A DNA stretch of 33,736 bases from Folioceros fuciformis (Eukaryota): assembly GCA_049999805.1 (NCBI GenBank), contig JBNGIO010004367.1:1-33736 (forward strand), in the 5' to 3' direction. The translations under genes and the position numbers were made by a program. How positions within the stretch are numbered: the stretch's first letter is position 1; each line of letters starts with the position of its first letter. Below the pieces are notes generated by a model. That model was not told the origin of the DNA and did no database searches. It saw only the letters and a list, made by a program, of their open reading frames with translations. This document shows positions 13,963-24,832 of the stretch, one piece after another.

Positions 13963-14724
13963 GGGACGTGCTAAGGATTTGCAGTGGGGTCCAGGAGGTC
14001 AACTGGCTGCAATGTGGGGAGGAGTGTTCATGATGCCTGGGTATCGGCGATTCGCGATAAACATCCATTGCGACTTGCCAAATGCCGTCCAAGTGCACTG
14101 AATCGTCATGCACCATGGCCTCTGTAGTTTGTCCTCTTTCTGCTAGCTACCTGCCCTCTGGCACGCTCACGTCTTACTAGGTAGCTGAATTCGCAAGGAA
14201 TGCCTAGATTTGATAACTCCGTCCACTGCGTGCTTGGAACACTCCTCGGACGCTGACGGGACCTTTTAAGGGTTTTGCAAAGTACAGGGTATCAGGGTTT
14301 ACGGAAGCTGCTTCCTTGGCATTCTCAACTCGAGCTTCGTTATCACCGCCGCGATCCCGTGGGTCGTTTTACATTCGTCTGTTCCCTGGTTCACAGCCCT
14401 TTCCCCACAAACCGTGCTCACCCACCTGAACTTGGTGCACCATCTCGACGTCAAAACGGGGTGCTCAGCGTTCACGTTAGTGAGTCCAGGCGAAATCGTT
14501 ACGCGGCTGCTGAAGGCGTGCGAAGTGTTGCTCTCCAACAAAATGAGGTGGTGGCCGTGGAGACCACACCGCGAATGCGTTGATGTCGGTTCCTGTCTGG
14601 GCACAAGAGTCACGGCAAAGTAGTCATGGACGACTGGGTGGACTCTTCCATACTATTATGTGTCCAAGCTTTGTGACATCTGTTTTCACATGCTTGACAA
14701 CCAGGCGTATTGTGTTCTACGGAG

Positions 14725-17372
14725 ATGGTGATTTCATCGTGGACAAAATGCATCCTGCTTCTTTTCAATGTTACCGTTTTCGCTGCTACCCTTTTTTCCT
14801 CCAATGCGCAAGGCAGCAGCGTCGTGCACGCTGTTGGAGGCCACCTTGGATGGACGGTGCTTGCTGGCAGAGGCTTCTACCAGAACTGGGTTGACAGCAG
14901 GAGCATCTTCGTAGGTGACATCCTCTGTAAGTAGCTTAAGAGTTCAAAGCTTGAGTGCTACTGGAAACTGCCTCTCGCTCAACCATTTAGCCTATACACA
15001 TCCCAGGCCCAGGCCTGATCAGGCCCAGGCCGGGATATGTTGAGAATTGTGCAGGGAACAGGGCTAACCCGAGGTGCCAATTCCATGCCGCAGATTTCGG
15101 GTATGACCGTACTCGCCACAGTGTTCTGCAAGTTGAAGAACAGGATTACAACTCCTGTACTATCTCAGAGCCACTCCTGTTGATGTGGTCCGGCCACGAC
15201 GGAGTCCGCCTGTTGGATTCTGCACAATACTTCTTTGTCAGTGGCACTCCCGGGGACTGTGAGGCTGGCCTCAAATTCTTCATTCGTCCGTTGCTAAGGA
15301 GGAGGCAGCAGGGCCGGGATCGGTCCTCCAGCAGAGGTAAGGACCACCTCGAGGGATTGTTCCGACACAATCATGTGACAGCATTCAGCTGCTGGCATGC
15401 GCTAATCCTCCAAAATCTGGGGTGCTGCAGGCTTAGCCTCGCTTCGAATTGAAGCCAGGATAGGCATGAGGGCCCAACCTGCCACGCCTCCTCTGCACTC
15501 CATGAATCCTCCAACTGGTCCGATGCAATCTCCAAAGCTTGGTAAACATGTACTAGACGTGCAAACCTAGAGACATTAGCATCCAAGTTCAAGCTTGTGC
15601 ATGACTTGGCATATCCATGGTTGATGTGCGATTTTAGGGGCTGTACCGTATGTCGACGGGGTCGCCTTAATGGTGGTCGGAGGACGTGAGTGCTCGCAGA
15701 ACTCCTCACTCTTAATCCAGCGATCGATGCAGGTACCAAAAGAAAGCGAGAATCTGACTTAATTTGCTGGTGGACGGTGTGATTGCAGTAATTATAGTGG
15801 TAGGGATTGCCGTTGTTGCGTTAATCCTAAACGCCCGAACACACAACATCGTCACAAAGTTGAAAGCTTCCAGTGCGGAGACCTCAGCGAACACCGGCTC
15901 CCCGGACGATCGTCTTGAACGCCACTACAAGCTCACTTCCTGCCGGTTGTACACTCTGAAGGAGCTGGAGGCTGCAACAGACAATTTTTGTGAGGCCTTG
16001 CTGCTGGGCCAAGGAGGGCACGGGACTGTGTACAAGGGAAGGCTGGAGGGCCAGGATGTGGCAGTGAAGAAGAGCATTTGCACCGTGGTGCACCCTGATA
16101 CCGTGCGCGGGAAGCCGGAAGGTGTGAGTAGTCAAATGCACGCGCATCCCCCGCGGCCAGCTCCCAGTCCCGATACTCTCGACGACTTGGCCCACAGTCA
16201 ATGCTTGAACGAGATCACTCTCCTCTCCAAGGTCCATCACCGCAACCTGGTGCGTCTGCTGGGATACTGCCTTGCTGGAGCAGACTCTCTCTTGGTGTAC
16301 GAGTTTGTCCCCAACGGCACACTGAAGGACCATCTCCATGAATCACGACATAGACCCGGGATTCCCAGTGTGAAGGCAAGTGAATTCCTTTTGCCTCTCC
16401 CGAATTACGGATGGCCATTTTGACTCCTTGGTTTGGGCCACCAGAGGTGTGCATGAACTCGGGTGGTGTCGGGTGGGATACATGTGCAGAGGGTGTGGCT
16501 AGACTGGGAGAAGCGGCTGCAAATCGCAACCGAGACAGCAGAGGCCCTGCACTATCTCCACTTTTCGGTGGCCCCTCCCGTGTACCACCGGGACGTGAAG
16601 TCCTCCAACATTCTCCTGGACTCGGACATGAGCGTGAAGCTGTCTGATTTTGGACTCTCCAAGTTGGGACAGCAGGAGGGCGGGGGAGGCCGTGTGTCAC
16701 CGTTCGGGGCCAAGGGCACGCCAGGCTACATCGACCCCGAGTACTCCAGCGGGAGGAAAGAGGTAAGGCTCCCATTCAGCTCTTGTCGCAGGTGCTTGGA
16801 TGAATCTACGCACCGGAGACTGAGAGCGTACGCGCCTGGGCATTGCAAATGGCCTGGCAGGCTACAGATAAAAGCGACGTGTATAGCTTCGGCGTCGTAC
16901 TCCTGGAGCTCATAACGGGCAAGAAGCCGGTGGACAACGCGCACGCTCCGGCCTTCTACGACCCGAATCTGGCCTCTCGCTCGATCCCCTTCATCGAAAA
17001 TGAGCACACCAACAAGATCATCGACCCGGACCTTGGAGCCGTGAATGACGTTCAAATGATGGCGTCCATCAAGAGGACGGCGAGGGTCGCGCTTGCCTGC
17101 TTGGCTGCCAGGGGCCTCAACAGGTGAAGTCGTTTGCTGCGATGAGTCCAGTCTGTCTGTGGAATCCAAGGTGTGGAATCCGTTGCGGATCTAGAGGTTT
17201 AAAACTCAAAGTGGACTGTTGCAGGCCTTCCATGGACGAAGTGCTGGAAGAGCTGCGGGGCATCAAGAGTTGCAACCGTCCACCTCTCCAACGCTTCCAG
17301 CTCCTCGGGAGTCAAGTTGAGGACGGTGATCGCCACCCTTCTCCCTTGAGCACGATGCATCGAAATGCCTAG
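14725..17372 (+). CDS. Phytocyanin (ENODL-like) ectodomain receptor-like kinase, copy 2; RD kinase, WAK/WAKL-like kinase domain
   Basis: Exons 14725-14926, 15094-15336, 15431-15541 (Pro-rich linker), 15789-16375, 16490-16762, 16861-17123, 17225-17372. Signal peptide; HAVGGHLGW...YQNWVDSRSIFVGDILYFGY..HSVLQV..DYNSC...YFFVSGTPGDCEAGLK; TM LVIIVVGIAVVALIL; GQGGHG, VAVKK, HRNLVRLLGYC, HRDVKSSNILL, DFG, GTPGYIDPEY, TDKSDVYSFG. The TM-exon acceptor is uncertain. Intron 16376-16489 is GC-AG. Confidence 0.87.
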
Positions 17373-18355
17373 CAAAATACAGGAGCTGGCATGTATCATG
17401 CAACTGCCTCTTTCATTTCTCATGTTCTTGAATCGTTGCTATCCCCGCCACAGTCATCACTTCCCACTTCTTCCAGAATAAATCATCAAAGCAGTCCACT
17501 CACCTTGTCTAGGAAACGTCTGTATGCTCGACCGGCTACAGTGCCCGCCCCTGGTCATTGAATCATTGAGCTCCCCACCACTTTCATCATTTGCTACTTG
17601 TTCCACCTAAGGTCCTTGATTCAGTGATCGCCCCAAAAGATAAGGGGGAAGGGGCCCATGGGATCACCTCCTACCAAGGAGGTCGGAGAGGACTCCAGAC
17701 CTCCTCCTGTAAGAAGGATACACATAGGTGAGAAGGAAACCCTAGAGAAGGTATGTGCATCTACCAGGGGTGCCTCGGCAGAGGAACGGGGCCTCTACAG
17801 ACGAACGAAGAACGAGGTCCTACGGTAGGACGAGAGCAGAAAGCGGTAGGAGCCCGAACGGATGTGGCATTACCCATAGACATGAGCGAGAAGAGCACAT
17901 AAAAGGCGGAGGAGATGGAAGCAAAAGTAAGTCGTACTGCCGCCTTCGTGTTCCCGAGGTGAACCAGGGAAAGGTTGCTCTTCGAATAGTTACCATGTTG
18001 CAGCGCACGGCCATTGAGGTTCGAGATTTGGTCACAGGAGCTTGTAAGAGTGGCGAGAAAAGCTGAGGAGGGGGAAGCCCAATTGAGGTACGCACACCAG
18101 GAGATCGAGGGGGTGGAGGAGCGGAGGTAAAGGAAGCCTTTGAAGACCACCAAAGAAGGACGAATTTTAGTTGAAGAGAAGTCAAGGAGCGGGCCGTGGT
18201 CACCACCAGGTGCTTGCATAGGAAGCAAGTGCCTCCACGAAATTGGAAGCAGTAGAGGCTTGCTAGAGTGAATACAGGAGGAGGAAACGTGGCAGCTTTG
18301 GCCAGTAGACAGGCTAAACGCTTGATGTAAAGTGGGTGGTGAATAAAATGTTGAC

Positions 18356-20328
18356 TCAATACTGCTTCTTGAATATAAACTCACATTCCGAGACTCCGTC
18401 TTCAGGTAAGTCTGTGCAATGAACGCCGTTTTTCACCTGAGCAAGCAAGCAGAGTGAATACGAAGCTAGCAGTGAATTCCAACCCTCCGGACAGTGAAAC
18501 CTGTACCTTGTTAGATCCAAAATGTGCTCGGAGGGTGTTGGGCCTTAAAGCCTGGGCCAATTGGGAATCTAGAGGCCCGCAAAATTCACGAAAGATTTCC
18601 ACTGGGCATACTGTCCCATCCACTTTATCAGTTATCTCTAGAGCAAAAGACGGGCCGTATGCTAGCTCGTGTGTCATAGCCTGGATCAAGACAGCGTTGC
18701 TCAAGTCACATGAAGAAATTTGCCTGCAAAAGATTCGGGCAGGAGCAGGACTTGCTGCATAGGTAGCATTCTGAGGGAGTAGAAATGTGTACGTAGTAGT
18801 CTGGAAGAACTCCTTGGTAAAGGGTATAAAACTTTGCAGTGTTTTGCCGGTTAAGGTTCACTAGTTCCATAGCGGTGATGTTGAACTTCTTCAAAATGGC
18901 ATCGATGATGATCCCCGACACACCTGGAAGAAGAACAGACCCATGATCCACAACGATGGGCGATTGAAGTCACACGCTCAATCGACAAGTAGTTACGTGG
19001 CGTAAGCCTACCATCAAGCACTGCGTGAGGTTTAATAATACACAGTGAACAGTTTTTGAGCCTTGCGCAAAACCCAAATTTTCTGCACTTGAAGAAGAAC
19101 TTAACTTCCTGCATGTGTTCTTGCCTTTAAGTTCGCGTTCAATGGTATTAAATCCCTTGTATTAACAACAAATGAGATCTTTTACATTCTAGAAGGCCAC
19201 AGCATATACCTCTCTGCCGGCTGCATAGGTATCTGCCCCATGGACAGCATTCCTCGTGCTATTTGTACCGAACAGGGCCCGCAAAGAGGCAGGAGCCTTT
19301 AGCTTTGCAATGTCCGAGCTACTTGGGCCTGTAGAATTGACAGCCTCGCGAATGACACAATTCGAAATCTTGGTAAAGACAGATCAGTCTGAAGAGGTGG
19401 CAGCAAGTCTCACCAATGAGCACTTTCCACCTTTGGACTGCATCCTCAGCAACTAACTCCATGGCAACACAAGGACCACTGGCCATCAAAGCTGTAAGTT
19501 CCCTGCCGTAGACAAGCACAATCCCCGTGTCAGGCTGGAGATGACACTCTCACACTCATGCTGACGTAGATACGCTACACTTTGGCTTCTACAAAATCAC
19601 CAACAGGAACCTTACGCAAAATAAGGCTTCTTCCTGTGCGATTTGTAGAACTCCCCTGCATCCTGCTGAGTGATTTGGCACATTCGCAACTGCTTTATGA
19701 GGAAACCGTTCTTGTAAACTGCGTCAATGATCTTTCCTATGTGATGGTAGGCATCGGGTTTTATCAGAGCTAAGGTTCTGAATTCACCCGCCAAACGAAT
19801 TTAGTACAAACACCCAATAGAGTGATCTAAAGAACGGACTCAGACCCTCTCCGAGCAAATCACTGGGCCAAAAAGTTGTTAGATGCAATAAAACCAGCAT
19901 CTGTAAAGCAGCCTACATCTCACTGTAAGTACGCCAAGCAGTTTACAGATGTGTCTAAATGACGTACGTTTCTTGTTGTGCTGCCAAATGCTTCCGAGTG
20001 AATTCATCGCCATATTCTTCCAGTACCATAGTCCTTGTGTAAACTAGAACTGTACCACCAAGATATAAATGCTCTTGATTTATGGAGGGGTAGGCAACCC
20101 TCTTGAGAAAGACTTTCTGGTTTTTTATATCATACTGCATAATGGCATAGCATCAATTATTGCTGATAGATTATCTTCTACAAAGCCCTACAGGGACAAT
20201 GAGCTGGAAGAGAAAGCATACGAGCTCAATAGATTTGTCGACAGTGTGATAGAAAAATTGGTACTTCCAATGTATTTCCGTCATAGGATCAATCCAGCGA
20301 ACAATGAAGGCATACCGAGCACCTTCGT
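18356..20328 (-). CDS. NME7: Nucleoside diphosphate kinase 7 (DM10 domain plus two NDK domains); first exon not resolved, candidate ATG at 20616
   Basis: DM10 peptides RYAFIVRWIDP...YQFFYHTVDKSIEL|YDIKNQKVFLKR...LYLGGTVLVYTR...EYGDEFTR. NDK-A: RTLALIKPDA, SGPCVAMEL, SLRALFGT, NAVHGAD. NDK-B: SLCIIKPHAV, FREFCGP, LRPNTLRAHFG, NGVHCTDLPEDG. Stop TGA at 18358-18356. Confidence 0.93.
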
Positions 20329-22116
20329 CTGAAGGTAACTTGAATAAATTTGACTATCAATATAAGAGACACAATCTGTCAGTGATTCTGTTGGTACTGA
20401 AACATTACAAAATCAAACGTCTGCAGCCACAATGTCAAAAATATGGAGCAAAAGTAATACTTTCCAGTCCTACAAACATAGCCAACAGCAGATGGAAAAT
20501 CGAACCATTGTTTCCTAGGCACTGCTGGTGTATTCCACTCAATCACAAGATAGAGCTGCCTAGTCCACATCCATTTGTAAGCAAGATCGTACGTCACAGA
20601 GCCCACCGCCAGTCATTATCCGCAAACGACTACGATTTCAAAAGACAGTCTGCACAAAGAATGCAATCGCCTCAAATGATAGAAACAAGCCTAGAGACAA
20701 GTTCAAGCCGGGTCCGCACAACCCACCCACATGACGATATCAGGAATGCCATTCAAACCATCTGACTTGCAGCTTGACCAAGGATATTAGCTCCATAACG
20801 CCTGAAGTAACAAGTTTCAGATCATGAAACCCCCCTCTTAGATCAGACCTGAACCATACACAGCCAGCGGCATCCTTACAAATCACCAGAATGTTTTCTC
20901 CTAGCAAACAGTGGCAACAGACTGCCAACCAGAGCCACATACTGTTAGAAGAAGACAGACTCTGAAAAACTTCAGGTCTGCTGCCATCATTATAGCACAG
21001 TTATGACTCGAATCCCTTCTACGTCCGAAAACACCAGAAGGCGCTCCTAAGGACTGTGCAGGTATACGAACTCACGCACCACTACCTCTCAGTCATCGTT
21101 CCACATACCAATGAAAAGGGCTGTTAATCAAGAAGAAAAGATGTGGGTAGCTACGTGATGAAATATAGAGACACCATGCGGATCAGAAAAACTATCTGGC
21201 GTCACAGCCAAAAGTGTCTGCAGGGACCGACGCAGCATCTGATATCCGAGTTACGGCCCATTTATGTGAGGCAAAGTCTAGGCCACTTAATAAATCTATA
21301 CCAGCAGCCCACGCCTTTTCTTGACCTCTTTCCCGAACTTGCAGGCAAAATGTAGAAGAGCTTGCGACGGCTAGAAATTGCCAAAGCTTAGGCAGAAGCC
21401 AGGGCACTCTTCCTGACCAAGCCCGATTTCAGTTAGCACGGGTCCCTGCAGCATTCTTTCCGCTCAGACCTTTTACTAATCCACCATCATCTCTTCATGG
21501 GTCTCATCCAATGTCCAACCACAAACCAGAAAGCACAAAAAGCCAACTCCAGGACATAGCATGATGCTGAATGCGCGGCTTGAGGTCCTGTTTCCTCCCA
21601 AGATATCTTCCAGGTAGATGCCCCGCCACTTGATCCATGCCAATATTCGACATACGCGACCCAGGACCTGCGGCCTACAGATGGCACCCCCTCAAGAGCA
21701 TCATCACAGCTCCTGCTGCCCATCAAACAGGCGTAACGCAGGCCGTGTCTCACATCCAGCCCCTGTGAACATGTACACCGTCCGACTCCGACGAGATGAG
21801 AAGCCCTTACCTATGCTCAGCGGGAGCGGCAAGACCACGGATCTCAGAGACCAAGCCCTAAGCTCAGGCCAGTCTTCCATTTCCTTCTCCATCTTGCCCC
21901 TGTCGATAGCGAAAGCACCTACTCCTATCCGACTTTGTCTAGAAGGATCTGTGCCGATATTAGCTGGGAGAAGTGCCACACTCACCGCAGTGCTACCGAG
22001 CTCACCGGCTGAACAAACGGGTCCATTGGGGACAAACCCTTAGTTTCCATCGCTAGCGTAGTTCTAGATAAAGCGAGACCGTTACTGCAACCTCCAGAGC
22101 CGGACGACGCTTCCTG

Positions 22117-22131
22117 TTAGGGTTAGGGTTT
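22117..22131 (-). promoter_or_regulatory. Telo-box (AAACCCTAA with an adjacent CCCTAA) upstream of SRP9
   Basis: ttagggttagggttt lies about 110 bp before the SRP9 ATG. Telo-boxes are typical of plant translation-machinery promoters. Confidence 0.55.
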
Positions 22132-22237
22132 ATCATTTTTTTTCTCATAACCCTCGTCTCCTCAACTACCTTCATCTGGCAGTGTTGAGTCAACGGATAC
22201 AGCTTGCCGCAGGTCCTGCGAAATTCAGAGGCATGCC

Positions 22238-22938
22238 ATGGTGTACCTAGATTCATGGGACGACTTCGAGGAGCGCGCCATCTTGTTGTTCCGTGCCGAT
22301 CCTAACACTGTATCCTACGCTGCTTCCAATTCATGTAGGAAAAGGGAATTCGTGCCAAGCAGGCGAACCTGTCGTGTTGCATGTGTGGTCTGGTTAGGTC
22401 TCCGCTCATAAACCAGGATGTGGTTGAGATCTTAACAAGAAATCAGACTCGGTACGTAATGAAGTATCGTCATTGCGATGGGAAGCTCGTGCTGAAGGTC
22501 ACTGATGATCGGGTGGTATGGCACCTTGAGTTGCACTTCTCTAGTCGTTTTTGCTATCAGCTGGTAGTTGGGATTAGGGTTGAGCTGTGACGAGGGGCTG
22601 TCGTCCCTCTCTGTCGTAGTTTCAATGGTCATTCACGAAGTGAAGTTGTGGTTTGCAGTGTCTGAAGTTCAAGACAGATCAGGCTCAAGATGTCAGGAAA
22701 ATGGAAAGGCTCAACAACATTTTCTTCACTATGATGGCACGTGGGCCTGATGGTAATTATGATTCCTCCTTCAACAACCGAATACCTACTGTATGCCCAG
22801 CTGATGGTGTACCTGCCACGAAAACTACAGTAGATCGGCTGATATGGTCTGCATGTTTCAGCTGTTGTGCCGGAGGAAGTACCAAAGGAGCAAATACAAC
22901 AGCAAGCCTCGAAGAAAGGCCGCGGCAGACGTCAATGA
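22238..22938 (+). CDS. SRP9: Signal recognition particle 9 kDa subunit
   Basis: Exons 22238-22309, 22447-22515, 22659-22752, 22862-22938: MVYLDSWDDFEERAILLFRADPNT|TRYVMKYRHCDGKLVLKVTDDRV|CLKFKTDQAQDVRKMERLNNIFFTMMARGPD|...KKGRGRRQ*. Confidence 0.97.
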
Positions 22939-23814
22939 TTTGCGCGGGATCGCACTGCAACAGTGCAGCCATTTTGGTCTGGCTTGCGACCACCTACAGC
23001 TCTACCTCACCCATGCACGGTCGAAGTCCCTCCGCCCGGAGACTGACAGCGGTGTGGTACTCCCAGCCCAGGCAGTGAGGAGCCCAGCTGATGGCCCTCA
23101 AGGCTTTCTTCTTGCCAAGGCACCCCACATTGGTAACGTGAGTGAATGAAGCTGTGGAGAAGCGGCGCAAGCTGGTCAGCTAAGCTAGGTAGATGTTGTT
23201 TTAATGAAACTTACAACCCAGGATGGAAGTCCACTCTGAGAACAAGTGCATCGGGAACTAGACGGATCCCACAGTGTCAAGATCCATTTTTGCTGCTAAT
23301 CTTCCACATTTTTGCTGCTTCGGGTTCCACAAGTCAGCGTGGAGCTCGCAGGTCGACAGTTATTAGTCCAGCAGTCTGAGAGCGCAGAATTACTCTGAAT
23401 CTTTGTGTGAAAGTCATTTCCTCTCACCCAGTCCTCCCCAGAGTTACAGAGTGTGCAAGTCATATGCATCGCATTATCCCTTGGGGACGCTACACGTAGA
23501 TGTACTGAGCTACATCCTCCATGCAAGGGGGTCCTGGCTTCTGCTGCCTCTGTCTCCTGCTGCTGTGTGGATATAACCCTTGTTGGAGGCGAATTCACTT
23601 CTTAGGTCGCTCGCTCTTCGCAGCTCAGCACAAGTGATAGTAAAAGGTATGCATGGATTCTACCTATGTACTGGCAGGCTAGTGTAGGGTAAAATGTTGT
23701 CCGATTACCATCTTAGGTCGACGCAAGGCCCTTACCAACACCTTGCCCAATGGGTGGGAGATTCGCACGGATGGGCTGCCGGCCGTGGAGTGTCGCAGGG
23801 GTCAGGAGAGATGT

Positions 23815-24126
23815 GTTGCCGGCCGCGGACTGTGGAAGGGGGGTTCGCAGGGATAGGTTGCCGGCCGCGGACTGTGGGAGGGNNNNNNNNNNNNNNNNNN
23901 NNNNNNNNNNNNNNNNNNNNNNNNNNNNNNNNNNNNNNNNNNNNNNNNNNNNNNNNNNNNNNNNNNNNNNNNNNNNNNNNNNAAGGGGGGTTCGCAGGGA
24001 TAGGTTGCCGGCCGCGGACTGTGGGAGGGGGGTTCGCAGGGATAGGTTGCCGGCCGCGGACTGTGGGGGGTCCGCAGGATTGGTTGCCGGCCGCGGACTG
24101 TGGGGGGTCCGCAGGATTGGTTGCCG
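23815..24126. repeat. G-rich minisatellite with 42-bp units followed by 37-bp variants, interrupted by an assembly gap
   Basis: Unit gttgccggccgcggactgtgg(g/a)aggggggttcgcagggatag starts at 23815, 23857 and 24004. Shorter unit gttgccggccgcggactgtggggggtccgcaggattg starts at 24046 and 24083, with a partial copy at 24120. Confidence 0.92.
23883..23982. other. Assembly gap (100 N, probably a placeholder of unknown size)
   Basis: Run of exactly 100 n inside the minisatellite. Confidence 0.99.
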
Positions 24127-24832
24127 ATGGAGGCTAGCATCTCGCGGGCTTTGCAGAAATGTCCTTGGGTCGGAGGAAAGTGCCTCGGTTGGATCCCCGA
24201 AACATCGCTTCAATCCCTCGGGACCACTATGTTACGATTCCGGATCACACCGAGACACTACCAGAGCTGGGACTGGAAGCCCGAAGAGGTGCGTGCTTTT
24301 GATGCTGGGGTCTCTTCGTTCGAGAGGATAAGACAGTCATCTCAGCTGTAATCGGAGGGGTGATTTTCAGTCGTGCTCTCATCTCCCTTGCCTTCGTCAG
24401 TCATAAATACGGACTATCCCCCGGATGCTCATCCCCAGGGTGCTTCACAAACGGCTCGTTGGTGGTCAAGATGTCCGGAGGAGCTGACACGATTCTGTGC
24501 CATTGCAAGCTTGCACGTGTGTCGTCAGTGTTCAGAAGGGAGCTTGGAGGAGCCCCGTCCTCCACAATCCATAAAGGGTAGATAGGTGCTGTATACATCA
24601 GAATCTTCGAAATTCTGGTCAGCAATGCATGCAGAGTGTGCAGACTCCGCAACTGTAAATAGCCCCACAAGCCTCGTCATGACAACAACAGTCCCGCTCT
24701 CACTCAGTTGGGAGGGCTTTGAGATCCTGCAAAAAAAAAGGATCTCGTCGCGAAAGAGTCGTGTTCTTGAAACTACACCAAGCGTTGGCTTCCTGCCCGG
24801 CTCAAGATGAAAGATCCCCCTGGTAACAACCG

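Noticed and set aside
21440-21710. Possible box C/D snoRNA motifs (GTGATGA, CTGA) on the minus strand
   Set aside because: No convincing box spacing, terminal stem or recognisable rRNA/snRNA antisense element.
23694-24331. ORFs with 14-aa repeats spanning the N gap
   Set aside because: Artefacts of a stop-free 42-bp minisatellite and of reading through Ns.
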